Shown: piece after piece, positions 25,969 through 35,890 of the stretch
Position numbering within the stretch: position 1 is the first letter of the stretch
Layout of the letters: each line of letters opens with the position of its first letter
IMG/VR virus record: IMGVR_UViG_3300017991_000001
Coordinates: 62,001 to 126,000 of that record
Reading direction: 5' to 3' (one strand)
Length of the DNA: 64,000 bases
Translations under genes and position numbers: made by a program
Notes under the pieces: model-generated
The model's input: the letters and a program-made list of their open reading frames with translations, nothing else
What the model was told of the DNA's origin: nothing
The model's database searches: none

Positions 25969-26673
25969 ATGCAGGTTGATCTCGACGCAGCCGAAGACTT
26001 CAAACACCCAGACCGACTCCAGGCGTTCGTCAAGGGCATCCGCAGGACCGCGCTCTCCTTCAAGGCGTTCAAGGCCAAGATCGAGCCGCTGCTGTTCGAG
26101 GACGAGGATCTCATGTCCGATCACGAGTCGGACCTCCTCCCCGAGTACTACTACTGCAAGTACCTGATCGCCCACGTGCTGCATCCAAAGAAGATCGTGG
26201 AGATCGGCATCCGTGCGGGGCTCTCGGCCTGGACGTTCACGCTGGCCAGCGGGGCGATACAGTACACGGGCTACGATACCTACGCGGAGACGGCCGAGTG
26301 CCGTCCGCTGGCGGAGCGGCGCCTGTTGGCCTACAAGCGTTTCGACATCATCGTGGCCGACTCGCAGCGGCTGGTTAAGGTGCCCAAGGCCGACCTCTAC
26401 CACGTGGACGGCCTGCACACGCGTGCCGGCACCTATGGCGACCTGTGCCTGTGCTACGACCACGCGCCGGACGGGGCGGCGATCCTGGTGGACGATGTGA
26501 TGTGCGGCCCCCACGTGATCGCCGGCGTGTACGACTTCGTACGGGACCGGGGGTGTTACCCGATCTTCTTCAAGGATCTGAGGGGGGAGGCGCTCTTCTT
26601 CAAGCACGCGCCCCACCCCTCCAGGATGTTCATGCTGCAGAGCACGTTTCCGCAGCAGTACATAGGAGTATAG
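25969..26673 (+). CDS. Class I SAM methyltransferase (Methyltransf_24-like)
   Basis: IVEIGIRAGLS, GYDTY, LYHVDGLH, GAAILVDDV. Confidence 0.85.
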   Translation: MQVDLDAAEDFKHPDRLQAFVKGIRRTALSFKAFKAKIEPLLFEDEDLMSDHESDLLPEYYYCKYLIAHVLHPKKIVEIGIRAGLSAWTFTLASGAIQYTGYDTYAETAECRPLAERRLLAYKRFDIIVADSQRLVKVPKADLYHVDGLHTRAGTYGDLCLCYDHAPDGAAILVDDVMCGPHVIAGVYDFVRDRGCYPIFFKDLRGEALFFKHAPHPSRMFMLQSTFPQQYIGV

Positions 26674-26675
26674 CG

Positions 26676-27554
26676 ATGCTCAAGTTCCATGTGCCCGCAG
26701 GCATCGGCGACATTTCCTGGTGCTACTCGAAGGTGGAGGAACTGTCCAAGCAGCGGCAGGTCGGCTTCATCGTGTGCGGGGACCAGCCGCGGCGCAGCCA
26801 TCCCTACGTGAACATCCTGCCGCGGATCGTCAACCTGGGGTACAGCAAGCTTTCCTACGTGCCGCACATCGAGCCCAACCTGCTGCCGCCGAAGGACACC
26901 AATCTGGCCGAACTGAAGAACGGGACGTACTACCTGGGCCTGAACCCCTGGCTGGAGGCCGGGCATCCGCTGCACGAAGCCTTTCCGATGCAGGCAACGA
27001 ATTATCACTACGAGCTCCACCTCCCGCATCCCGACACGCTGCCGGCGGCGCGCATGCTGCGCAGCCTGCCCCAGAAGAAGATCGGGTTCTACTGCAGCTC
27101 CAACCGACACCGCCCGGACCTGGGCATGTGGACGGTGCAGCAGTGGGTGGCGTTCCTGGAGATGGTCAAGGCTTTCCACGAGAACTCGGTCTTCGTGGCC
27201 ATCGGCGCCCCGTACGACGACAAGACGGCGCAGGTGGCCGACGAGCTGGCCAAGAGGCACAGCGTCTACCGGTACCTCAACCAGCCGCCCTGTCAGAGCT
27301 TCCGCCTCATGGAAACGCTCAGCTACTTCTTTGCCTTTCCAAGCGGGCTGGGGATAATGGCGGACGTCCTGCGGGTTCCCTGCATGATGTGGTACTGGGC
27401 CAACCTGGCCGAGTGGGGGCACATGGGTGGCCTGTTCACCTCGTACGCCGACCCCGAGACATTGGCCAGCGGGCAGCATATCGTGGCGCCTTACGCGTCC
27501 GTGGATGAGTCGTTCAAGTTGTTCGCGGAGAAGGGAGCAAGGCATTTCAGATGA
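26676..27554 (+). CDS. GT9-like (heptosyltransferase-type) glycosyltransferase
   Basis: GIGD motif, Y.L.LP linker, W, FVAIG...D, F..PSGL..MA..L.VP. Confidence 0.65.
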   Translation: MLKFHVPAGIGDISWCYSKVEELSKQRQVGFIVCGDQPRRSHPYVNILPRIVNLGYSKLSYVPHIEPNLLPPKDTNLAELKNGTYYLGLNPWLEAGHPLHEAFPMQATNYHYELHLPHPDTLPAARMLRSLPQKKIGFYCSSNRHRPDLGMWTVQQWVAFLEMVKAFHENSVFVAIGAPYDDKTAQVADELAKRHSVYRYLNQPPCQSFRLMETLSYFFAFPSGLGIMADVLRVPCMMWYWANLAEWGHMGGLFTSYADPETLASGQHIVAPYASVDESFKLFAEKGARHFR

Positions 27555-28369
27555 AGACGCTGGTTGCCGGTCCTTGGGTGGGGGAGTTCGGCTGGGAGTT
27601 GATCTCCTGGCAGGCCTGGGTGCGCATACGCTCGCAGGGGTACAAGCAGGTTGTGGTCAGCGCGCCGGCAGGACACGAGGCCCTCTACGATACGGCTACC
27701 GTGTTCGTGCCCCACACCATGTCCGGCAAGAAGGATTGCTGGCGTCTGCTGACCCCGAACCCTTCCGAGCAGGCACGCGTCGAACAGGAACTCTCCAAGT
27801 ACAGGGGCGACCGCATGCGTCCCGGCGGCTACGTCAAGCCCGAGCACCAGCAGTTCGTGAAGCTGGGCGACAAGAAGCGCGTGAACGCCGAGGACCGCTA
27901 TGACGTGCTGATCCACATTCGCGGCCCGGTGGGCAAGCGCTCCTACCACGCCTGGAACCCGCATGACGCAGCCGCCGTGGTCAAGGGCCTGGCCGGCATG
28001 CGCGTCGGCTGCATCGGCACCGAGGCGCCCGCCGTGGACGGGGCCGACGACCTCCGCAACCTGCCGCTCAACCGACTCTGTGATCTCATCGCCGCGGCAC
28101 AACTGGTGATCTCGCCGGCCAGCGGGCCGGCTCTTCTTTCTGGACTGTGCGGCACGCCGTACCTGTGCTGGACCGATGGCGGCTACCGCAGTGCCGTCAG
28201 GGAGAACGACGACAAACGCACGCGCGGGTCCTGGAACCCGCTGGGCACCCCCTGCAAGGTGCTGATCAGGAAGGACTGGAAGCCCGACCCCAACCTGCTG
28301 GTCAAGCACGCGGAGGAGATGCTGATACGTAAGAGGAGAGAAAGTGATGCCGCAATGCCCCGTCTGTGA
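27551..28369 (+). CDS. GT9-like glycosyltransferase
   Basis: GEFGWE, DLRNLPL..LCDLIAAAQLVISPASGP..L..LCGTP. Confidence 0.7.
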   Translation: MKTLVAGPWVGEFGWELISWQAWVRIRSQGYKQVVVSAPAGHEALYDTATVFVPHTMSGKKDCWRLLTPNPSEQARVEQELSKYRGDRMRPGGYVKPEHQQFVKLGDKKRVNAEDRYDVLIHIRGPVGKRSYHAWNPHDAAAVVKGLAGMRVGCIGTEAPAVDGADDLRNLPLNRLCDLIAAAQLVISPASGPALLSGLCGTPYLCWTDGGYRSAVRENDDKRTRGSWNPLGTPCKVLIRKDWKPDPNLLVKHAEEMLIRKRRESDAAMPRL

Positions 28370-28991
28370 CGACACCGCCGGCGACTGCGGGAGCGAGCTG
28401 TTCCGCTGCCCCGCATGCGACCACATCTTCCAGTACCCCGCCGAGGTGGAGTGCATCTACGACAAGGAGTACGTGGCCACCCGCTACGACGTCTACGAGA
28501 CGACGCCGCTGATGAACCACCTGCGGCTGGGTTTCGTGAAGGGCTTCGTGAGTGGGGGCAGGCTCCTGGACGTGGGCTACGGTAACGGGTCTTTCCTGAA
28601 GCTGGCAGGCAAGAACGGCTTCGACATCTACGGCAAGGACGTGCACGGGGCCGACTACGGCATCCGTGAGGTGGAGCTGTCCGACTTCGCGTGGGAGCTG
28701 GTGACGTTCTTCGACTCGCTCGAGCACTTCCCCGATCTCACCCCGGCGCGCGAGATGCGTGCCAGGTACGTGATCGTGTCCATACCCTACAGACCCGATA
28801 CGTTCCCGGCCGACCTGGGCTGGAAGCACTACCGACCCGGGGAACACCTCCACTACTTCACGGTGGAGTCGCTGGCGGCCTTCTTTAGCCACATGGAGCT
28901 GATCAGGATATCGACGCTGGAGGACGCTGTGAGAGGCATGCGGGAAGGTTTGCCCAACATCGTCACCTGCGTCTTCAAACTAAAAGAATGA
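28347..28991 (+). CDS. SAM methyltransferase (Methyltransf_23-like) with N-terminal Zn ribbon
   Basis: CPVC...CPAC; LLDVGYGNGSF; FFDSLEH; EHLHYF. Confidence 0.85.
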   Translation: MPQCPVCDDTAGDCGSELFRCPACDHIFQYPAEVECIYDKEYVATRYDVYETTPLMNHLRLGFVKGFVSGGRLLDVGYGNGSFLKLAGKNGFDIYGKDVHGADYGIREVELSDFAWELVTFFDSLEHFPDLTPAREMRARYVIVSIPYRPDTFPADLGWKHYRPGEHLHYFTVESLAAFFSHMELIRISTLEDAVRGMREGLPNIVTCVFKLKE

Positions 28992-29881
28992 GGCTACACA
29001 TCCTTGGGCCGCGCCAAGACCGGCCCGCGTATTTCGACATGGCTTGCCGTTGCAAGCCGCACAAGGCCCGCTGGTACGGGGGCGGGTTCCGCATGGGCGA
29101 CCGGGCCGCGGCCTACGTCTACCTGTCGGAGTGGCGCCACCACAATCCCAACCGCAAGCTGATCGTGCTGGACAACGTCGGCTTGCCGGGCACGTTTCCC
29201 GAGATGAGCGCGGACTGGCTTTTTGCCGGCATCGCGGACGAGGCGTACGTCGCTTGCGGGCCGTCCAGCCCGATACCCGTTCCGCGCGGTGAGCGGCTCT
29301 ACACGCAGTCGCTGTGGCTGACGTGGCGGCAGCTAAGGATGAGGCATGACAAGCTGCCCAAGCCCGCGATCAGGCCCGACAGGGAGGCATTGCAGACTAC
29401 GTCCCGCTGGTCCGAAACGATCAATCTGCCCCCGTTCTACGTGACGTTGCAGCCGCTTTACGACGCCAAGTACGAGGGTTTCCGCAATCAGTCGATCGAG
29501 TGGTGGCAGGAGGTGTGCACGTCTCTCAACCGGCGTGGTATACCCGTGCTGGTGCTGGACTGCTTCACTTCGGCTTTTCCCATACCTGAAGGCTGCTACC
29601 CGCAACTGAAGTGGCCGGCCAAGACAACGATCATGTACAGCATGGCGCTCGTCTCCAACGCCTGCGTCCACGTGGGCGGACAGACGGGCCTGACGTTGTG
29701 GTCGGCGATCTTCGGCGTGCCCACCGTGGCCGCCTACAAGCACTGGGGCATCATGGACCACAGGGACGCCCGACCCATACCGTTTGGCGCTCCCGTCGAG
29801 CCTGCCGATCTGCGTGGACCGCCTGATGCGGTGGCTCAGAAAGTAGAGAAACTGTTCTATACCAAAGCGGTCCGGGCGTAG
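28988..29881 (+). CDS. GT9-like glycosyltransferase
   Basis: GDR, WWQEV, ALVSNACVHVGGQTGL..SAIFGVPTV. Confidence 0.65.
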   Translation: MRLHILGPRQDRPAYFDMACRCKPHKARWYGGGFRMGDRAAAYVYLSEWRHHNPNRKLIVLDNVGLPGTFPEMSADWLFAGIADEAYVACGPSSPIPVPRGERLYTQSLWLTWRQLRMRHDKLPKPAIRPDREALQTTSRWSETINLPPFYVTLQPLYDAKYEGFRNQSIEWWQEVCTSLNRRGIPVLVLDCFTSAFPIPEGCYPQLKWPAKTTIMYSMALVSNACVHVGGQTGLTLWSAIFGVPTVAAYKHWGIMDHRDARPIPFGAPVEPADLRGPPDAVAQKVEKLFYTKAVRA

Positions 29882-29882
29882 G

Positions 29883-29888
29883 TACAAT
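29883..29888 (+). promoter_or_regulatory. Putative sigma70-type -10 box (TACAAT)
   Basis: Intergenic, 19 nt before the metacaspase ATG, RBS in between; no clear -35. Confidence 0.3.
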
Positions 29889-29907
29889 CCGCGAGAGGAG
29901 ACGCATC

Positions 29908-30957
29908 ATGCTGGTCAAGATGTATCCGCAGGAGAAGGGCCTGACGTTTGGCCTGAACAAGTACCCGGGCGCCGAGCTGCGCGGCTGCGTCAACGATTCA
30001 GAGGACATGGCCAACGAGCAGGTCAGGGCCTACGACTGGGACCCCGGCAATATCCGGCTCTTGACCGACTTCCGCTGCACGCGTAAGGAGATGTTCAAGC
30101 GGCTGGAGTGGCTGGTGGACGTGAAGAAGGGTGATCGTGTCTTCTTCCACCAGAGCGGGCATGGCGTGCAGTTTCCCTCCCGCTCCTACAGCGGCGAGCC
30201 CGATGGCCTGCTCGAGGCGTTCTGCCCGATCGACTTCGCGTGGTGTCTGGACGGGATGGTGACCGACAAGGACTACGTGGAGTTCTTCAGCCGCATCCCC
30301 AGAGGGGTTGAGTTCACCTGGGTGAACGACTCCTGCCACTCGGGCGACCTGACCCGGGCGCAGCCCGGCAACCCGCACGGCCCAACGATCGTCCCGCGGT
30401 CCTATCCCGTCCCCGAGGACATCGCCTGGCGGCACAAGGGCCTGAAGACCCGCAACATCAAGAGCATGGAGCGGGCCATGGTCTGCGGGAAGATGGACGT
30501 GGGTTTCGTGAGTGCCTCACGCTCCGATCAAACAGCAGCCGACACCTTTGTCAACGGACGCCCCTGCGGGGCGCTCACGCATTACTTCCTCCAGACATTG
30601 CGAGGAAATCGCCAGCTCCCGCTCGAAACGGTGGTGAGCATGACGAGGGACACGTTGCGGGCGCAGGGTTATACCCAGGAGCCGCAGGCCGAAGGCCGGC
30701 GCGTGGACAAGCCGTTCATGATAAACAGGGCGGTTCCCGGTGCGCCCGGTGCTGTAGGTTGCATCAGCCAAACAGGGCCAACCGGTCCGGTCGAGGAGCA
30801 GGTGGGCGTTACCCACGCTTCCACCCCCGAGTCTCACTTAGATCCGGTCGGACCGGGCGGTGTGACCGGCGTTATGGGTCCGGCTGGGACCTACTTGCTG
30901 CCTTTCGACAAGGAAGGCGCGCAGAACGTCTGTCCGCACTGCGGGAAGACAAAATGA
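29908..30957 (+). CDS. Metacaspase / caspase-like peptidase C14
   Basis: GLNKY..AELRGCVND, FFHQSGHG, CPIDF, DSCHSG (His-Cys dyad intact). Confidence 0.9.
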   Translation: MLVKMYPQEKGLTFGLNKYPGAELRGCVNDSEDMANEQVRAYDWDPGNIRLLTDFRCTRKEMFKRLEWLVDVKKGDRVFFHQSGHGVQFPSRSYSGEPDGLLEAFCPIDFAWCLDGMVTDKDYVEFFSRIPRGVEFTWVNDSCHSGDLTRAQPGNPHGPTIVPRSYPVPEDIAWRHKGLKTRNIKSMERAMVCGKMDVGFVSASRSDQTAADTFVNGRPCGALTHYFLQTLRGNRQLPLETVVSMTRDTLRAQGYTQEPQAEGRRVDKPFMINRAVPGAPGAVGCISQTGPTGPVEEQVGVTHASTPESHLDPVGPGGVTGVMGPAGTYLLPFDKEGAQNVCPHCGKTK

Positions 30958-31073
30958 AGAACGGTTCCAAGAAGGCCCTCTATGCCCTGCTGGCCATAGG
31001 GCTCGTGCTGCTGATCTTCGGCGTGGTGCTCTTCGCCCACGTGGCGTTCCGGTTCATGCTTGAAACGAGGTGA
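30954..31073 (+). CDS. Small single-pass membrane protein
   Basis: KK followed by ALYALLAIGLVLLIFGVVLFAHVAF. Confidence 0.5.
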   Translation: MKNGSKKALYALLAIGLVLLIFGVVLFAHVAFRFMLETR

Positions 31074-31076
31074 GTC

Positions 31077-32003
31077 ATGGCTTGGATCATCAGTGCTGTC
31101 CTCTTCCTGTGTTGGGGCGCCTACATCGGCCGCCACGACGGGAGCGCCGACTCGGGCGGCCTCAAGCATCTCCTCTATCGCATCTGGCGTCGCCTGGCCT
31201 TCTGGGCCGGCGACGTCAGGTTCTGGTGGGAGTGGTACTTCGGGTTCATCCCGCTACCGCGGTTCTCTTGGGCGCACCATGAGTACGCCATCACCTACGA
31301 GACCCTGCTTGATGCCTGTAAGCGCTTGCAGCCAGGCGACATCATGCTGGCCACCAAGAAGGGCTACATCTTCTCCAACTCGGCAATCCCGGGGTGTTTC
31401 AAGCACGCCGGCATCATCGTGCAAGGCCCCGACTCCGCGAGGGTGCAACCGGTAGACCCCCCTGACAGGCCGTTTTCGACCCCCGACCTCGCGAGGGTGC
31501 AACTCGTTGAGGCGATCTCCGAGGGCGTGGTCAGGCGCCACCCCCTGTGGGCCCGGGGCGACCTGATGATCTTCCTCAGGCCCAAGCACGCGCAGGACAA
31601 GGACCGGGAGAAGGCCGTTGAGATCGCCCACGCCATCGTCGGCTGCAAGTACGACGCCTCCTTCAAGTTCAACATGGAGGAGGAGCTGAAGCTGCTGGCC
31701 GAGCAGGAGGAGAGCCCGCTGGTCGAGAACGTGGAGGAGCTGCACCGTTCCATGCGGAACCTCCGCTCCGAGTACGATATGTCCTTCAGCTGCACGGAGG
31801 TTGTGGCGACGGCCTGGTGGCATATGCGCAAGCGGTTGGGGATCGCCCGCAAGAAGGTCAGGGGCAGGTTGTGCATCACGGCCGACCAATTTTTAAACAG
31901 GGACTTCAAGGTCGTGTGGACAAATGTTACAGTGGGGCAGGCTGAGAAGGCCGGCCTTGGTGAAGAGGGGGTTCGGGAGCTGAAAGCGTACTGGAACGAA
32001 TAA
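31077..32003 (+). CDS. Permuted papain-like amidase (YiiX/YaeF, NlpC/P60 superfamily)
   Basis: LQPGDIML, FKHAGII, LVEA...GV, KYD, FSCTEVV; hydrophobic N-terminus. Confidence 0.8.
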   Translation: MAWIISAVLFLCWGAYIGRHDGSADSGGLKHLLYRIWRRLAFWAGDVRFWWEWYFGFIPLPRFSWAHHEYAITYETLLDACKRLQPGDIMLATKKGYIFSNSAIPGCFKHAGIIVQGPDSARVQPVDPPDRPFSTPDLARVQLVEAISEGVVRRHPLWARGDLMIFLRPKHAQDKDREKAVEIAHAIVGCKYDASFKFNMEEELKLLAEQEESPLVENVEELHRSMRNLRSEYDMSFSCTEVVATAWWHMRKRLGIARKKVRGRLCITADQFLNRDFKVVWTNVTVGQAEKAGLGEEGVRELKAYWNE

Positions 32004-32449
32004 TGGGCTTCAGAAACATCCACCCAGTCAAGATTGAGAAGAAGTGGGGCCACGAGCTTTGCGTGGTCACCAAGCACCCCGTGGACGGACCGGCCGGCTA
32101 CTCGGGTAAGATCCTCACACTCGACTACGGCTGGCAGTGCTCGATCCACTATCACGTGCACAAGACGGAGACGTTCTTCGTGCTGGAGGGGAAGCTGGTC
32201 CTTGAGCTTTACGACCTGAAGGCGTCCTTCGTCAAGACGGCGCCCCCCAGGAACCCCTCCATGGACGATGTCCGGTTGGCGATCTCGACGGTGCTGGAAC
32301 CGGGACAAGGCATGACGCTGGACCCGCTGACGCCGCACCGCTTCTGGACCGTGACGCTGGACGGATGCAAGTTCGTGGAGTTTTCCACGCCCGACGACCC
32401 GTCGGACAGTTACCGCATCACGACATCGGGACCGAAAGATGCAAAGTAA
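32003..32449 (+). CDS. Cupin (sugar isomerase-like) protein
   Basis: KKWGHE, YSGKIL, SIHYHVHKTETF, PHRF, EFSTP..SDSYR. Confidence 0.85.
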   Translation: MGFRNIHPVKIEKKWGHELCVVTKHPVDGPAGYSGKILTLDYGWQCSIHYHVHKTETFFVLEGKLVLELYDLKASFVKTAPPRNPSMDDVRLAISTVLEPGQGMTLDPLTPHRFWTVTLDGCKFVEFSTPDDPSDSYRITTSGPKDAK

Positions 32450-32450
32450 G

Positions 32451-32660
32451 ATGCCGTACATCCTGAAGTTCCACTCACCCCGCGACGGTGTGCTGTCCAC
32501 CACGCACATCGACGCGGAGGACGACCCGGACGCCATGGACCAGGCGCTGGAGCGTATCAACAGACGTACCGCGGAAGGCCTGGAGGGGGATCACGTACTG
32601 ATCGGACCAGGGGGCCGCAAACTCAAACTCGATCTTGTCGGCTGCGCGCCGGCGGACTGA
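32451..32660 (+). CDS. Small hypothetical protein
   Basis: Intact ORF. Confidence 0.5.
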   Translation: MPYILKFHSPRDGVLSTTHIDAEDDPDAMDQALERINRRTAEGLEGDHVLIGPGGRKLKLDLVGCAPAD

Positions 32661-32679
32661 CCACCACGGAAAATCGAAT

Positions 32680-33279
32680 ATGTCTCGCGACGAGTTTCAG
32701 ATCCTGTTTAACCAGGAGCCAACCGCCCGCGATTACTTTCCAGAGGGGCTCGACGAGAACCCGCTGGACCTGTTCGTCAAGGCGTTGGCGAGCGGGAACT
32801 ACGCGGAGACCGGGTTGTCGGGGCTTCGCCGCAAGGGCACGATTTCGGACCTACCGGCGCACGCCAACGCGACCCAGATTGTAGACTACCAGGACAAGCA
32901 CGGACGGCTGCCCCGCCGCATTTCCAAGACACTGCGCACGGCTGAGGGAGGAAACGTCTTTATTCATGGCTTGTGGTTCTACTCGGCGACGGGCGTGCTG
33001 TGCGACACGTTTTTCCACGCTGCAGGTGAGAAGCACTGGGACGCCAGCTGGGACGAGGAAAGCTTCTTTTGCACGCGTGCTCCAAGGGCGCCTGGCAGAC
33101 ACACGCCGTTCCTGCACTCGGAAGAACATAACACGGAGCGTCCTCCGTTTGCTGTCGCGTGGTGGTGGGAGCGGCTGACGAAGCTGCCGTTGCCGCCGAT
33201 GATGAATTATATGGTGAACAAGGAGCTGACCTTCTCGCAACTGGCCGACTTGCTGACGGTGGGCGCGCCATGGACATAA
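32680..33279 (+). CDS. Family B paralog 1 (GVLC...GAPW)
   Basis: YSATGVLCD...WWW..LPL...FSQLADLLTVGAPW. Confidence 0.75.
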   Translation: MSRDEFQILFNQEPTARDYFPEGLDENPLDLFVKALASGNYAETGLSGLRRKGTISDLPAHANATQIVDYQDKHGRLPRRISKTLRTAEGGNVFIHGLWFYSATGVLCDTFFHAAGEKHWDASWDEESFFCTRAPRAPGRHTPFLHSEEHNTERPPFAVAWWWERLTKLPLPPMMNYMVNKELTFSQLADLLTVGAPWT

Positions 33280-33713
33280 AGAAGGACTCGCCCCTGATGG
33301 CGTGGATCAAGGCGCTGGGTGACGACAGCTACATCACGCAGTGGAAGGATTACGGCTACCACCCGCCCCAGCTGCGGACCGTGATCTACGAGCCGTCGGG
33401 GACGGGCAAGGAGGCGACACACATCCTCTGGTCGCCGATGGGCGTCCTGGCCGACGCGTTCGTGCAGCGGCACTGCAAGGCGCCGCTGTACTCGATGTGG
33501 GTCGACCGTTGGATGCGGGTCAGCCCCGTGGGCGGCCCGCACCTGTCCTTTGACGAGGCGTGGCCGCTGCCCTGGCCCATCGAGACGTGGTGGAAGAACT
33601 GGCATGCCGACCTTCCTTTCAAGAAAGTAGGGGACTACATGTTTGAACCGCAAGCGAACTTCCGGCAGTTGGCCGACCTGTTGGCTGTGGGGGCACCGTG
33701 GGTGAGCCACTAG
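33270..33713 (+). CDS. Family B paralog 2
   Basis: WSPMGVLAD...WW...DLPF...FRQLADLLAVGAPW. Confidence 0.75.
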   Translation: MDIKKDSPLMAWIKALGDDSYITQWKDYGYHPPQLRTVIYEPSGTGKEATHILWSPMGVLADAFVQRHCKAPLYSMWVDRWMRVSPVGGPHLSFDEAWPLPWPIETWWKNWHADLPFKKVGDYMFEPQANFRQLADLLAVGAPWVSH

Positions 33714-34219
33714 AGTCGTGGATACTCAGCCTGTCGACCAAGGAGTACGAGCAGGAGATGGATTCCCCCATGCTGCGGCGCATCTACAGGGAGGCTGTCG
33801 CCACGAGCGACAACGTGTGCTACCGGGGCCAGCTGCTGAAGAAGGGCGAGAAGATTGTGATCCCGGACAACATTGATCGGGTCGGCGACTCGGCTTTCTG
33901 GGATATGCAGAGGCATCTGGTGACGCTCGGCAAGGTCATCAAGTTCACGGCTTCCGGCGTGCTGTGCCAGCAGTGCCTGAAGTACGCGCCGATGCCGACG
34001 CGCGGCGGCATGTGGGACGGGCTCGAGTTCAGCTGTAAGGGACTCTTCTGTCAGGAGTCGCCGCATCTGCATATGTGGCCGCTGCCATGTGTGGTGCGGG
34101 CCTGGTGGAGCGACTACGAGGATCTGCCGCTGGAGCCGCTGAAACCGTACCTGGAGAACATCAAGATGTCGTTTGACGAGCTGGCTACGCTGTTAGCGGT
34201 GGGCGCGCCATGGGCATGA
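33698..34219 (+). CDS. Family B paralog 3
   Basis: FTASGVLC...WW..DLPL...FDELATLLAVGAPW. Confidence 0.75.
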   Translation: MGEPLESWILSLSTKEYEQEMDSPMLRRIYREAVATSDNVCYRGQLLKKGEKIVIPDNIDRVGDSAFWDMQRHLVTLGKVIKFTASGVLCQQCLKYAPMPTRGGMWDGLEFSCKGLFCQESPHLHMWPLPCVVRAWWSDYEDLPLEPLKPYLENIKMSFDELATLLAVGAPWA

Positions 34220-34647
34220 CGTATTGGGACTACCAGCCGCTGGGACTCTGGATCGAAGGGCTGCGTAACGTCTACAAGGAGATCGATTACGGTGACGACG
34301 CGCCGCCCGATCGCGTGCCGTTGTACACCGGCCACCCGGCGGAGCACGCTTTGAGCTTGAGGAGGTTTTCACCTGCCGGCGTGTTGTGTGCCCTTCTAAC
34401 CCTAAAGGGGCCGTCGGTGGGCGCGCATATGAGCAACGGGGAATTCAAATGGGTGGAAGGTTGCGCCGACCGGCCCGTCTACCGTACAGCGAAGTGGGCG
34501 GACGAAATGCCGGAGCCCGTCATTGCGTGGTGGCACAAGTCTCACGACGACCTGCCGTTCGAGAAGCTGATGCCGTTCCTGACCGACCCGCACTTGCGGT
34601 TCAAGCCGTTCGCTGACCTTTTGGAGATGCACGCGCCATGGGCGTGA
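34210..34647 (+). CDS. Family B paralog 4
   Basis: FSPAGVLC...WW..HDDLPF...FKPFADLLEMHAPW. Confidence 0.75.
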   Translation: MGMTYWDYQPLGLWIEGLRNVYKEIDYGDDAPPDRVPLYTGHPAEHALSLRRFSPAGVLCALLTLKGPSVGAHMSNGEFKWVEGCADRPVYRTAKWADEMPEPVIAWWHKSHDDLPFEKLMPFLTDPHLRFKPFADLLEMHAPWA

Positions 34648-35288
34648 GAGACGAGATCCTGGAGAAGGTGTTCAAGGGCAGCTCCGAGCAGCACGCGATG
34701 CGCTTGAAGCTGGTGACGCCCATGGAGGTGTGGGTGCAGTCGCTGCGCGGACGGCTTGATAACGAACACCGGACGGTATACGAACAGGCCCACACCACGC
34801 AGCTGCGCACGCGTGGCAGTTTCACCAGAGGCGCGGCCAGCGCGATAGCAGACTTCACGAGGGTCAAGATGAAGGAAGAGGGTTTCTGGCGGAAGATCAT
34901 GCCGCCCACGCCTATCGGCAAGTCCACAACGATGGCGCAGACTACAGTGAAGCAGGCGTACAGGAGCACGCCGAACGTGAACGGTGACGTCTTCGGTTTG
35001 GACATATGGGACTACTCGGCGCTGGGCGTGCTGTGCGACCTGTATCTGCGTTTCGAGCGCCAGCACAGGGGCGACGCCTCGTGGCGGGGTAACGAGTTCC
35101 AGTGGTTGGTCAAGGGCAAGTTGAGGAGATCGAATTCATGCAAGAAGGTTCCCACGCCGGTAAGAATGTGGTGGGAACGGCATCACGGGGAACTTCCGTT
35201 CAGGAACCTGAAGGCCTACCTGCGCAACCCGTATCTGAAGTTCGAACAGTTCGCGGACCTGCTGGAGATGCACGGGCCATGGACCTGA
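34638..35288 (+). CDS. Family B paralog 5
   Basis: YSALGVLCD...WW..HGELPF...FEQFADLLEMHGPW. Confidence 0.75.
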   Translation: MGVRDEILEKVFKGSSEQHAMRLKLVTPMEVWVQSLRGRLDNEHRTVYEQAHTTQLRTRGSFTRGAASAIADFTRVKMKEEGFWRKIMPPTPIGKSTTMAQTTVKQAYRSTPNVNGDVFGLDIWDYSALGVLCDLYLRFERQHRGDASWRGNEFQWLVKGKLRRSNSCKKVPTPVRMWWERHHGELPFRNLKAYLRNPYLKFEQFADLLEMHGPWT

Positions 35289-35890
35289 AAGGTTACAAGC
35301 CGCTGCCGCCACTGACGCTGTGGGTGGATGCGCTGCGCAGCAAGGGATATAACCCTACGGACGCGAAGGCGCTCCGCAAGAAACGCAGGATTACGATCGA
35401 CGGCGTCGAGCTCGTCTCGGGCGATAATGTGATGGCCCACGACTCGGGCAAGACGATGTACATACAAGACTGGGCATACTCGCCGATGGGGGTGCTGTGC
35501 GATCTCTACCTGAACTACGTGCCGCTTTCCTACCGGTCCAAATGGCGCTGCGCGTGGAAGGGGCAGTACTTTCGTTGGATGGTCCGTGGCAAGTGGAGCA
35601 GGCAAAAGTCCAGGCATCAGATGCCCACGCCCATCTACGAGTGGTGGAGCAAGCACCACCGCAAGCTGAAGATCGAGCCGCTGAGGCCGTTCCTGAAGGA
35701 CAAGGACCTCAGGTTTGACATGTTTGCGGACCTGCTGGAATTGCACGCGCCGTGGTCGATGGACCCGGCGCTGCTGGGCTACGAAGCTGACCGGCCCAAG
35801 CCTTTGCCTTTTTCCACGTTGCCTCTTGACAGGCATATCCGCGGACCTCGCTTCCGCTGTTTAGAGAAACCCGAGGGAGTAGAGGAGTGA
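35279..35890 (+). CDS. Family B paralog 6
   Basis: YSPMGVLCD...WW..H...FDMFADLLELHAPW plus a tail. Confidence 0.75.
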   Translation: MDLKGYKPLPPLTLWVDALRSKGYNPTDAKALRKKRRITIDGVELVSGDNVMAHDSGKTMYIQDWAYSPMGVLCDLYLNYVPLSYRSKWRCAWKGQYFRWMVRGKWSRQKSRHQMPTPIYEWWSKHHRKLKIEPLRPFLKDKDLRFDMFADLLELHAPWSMDPALLGYEADRPKPLPFSTLPLDRHIRGPRFRCLEKPEGVEE

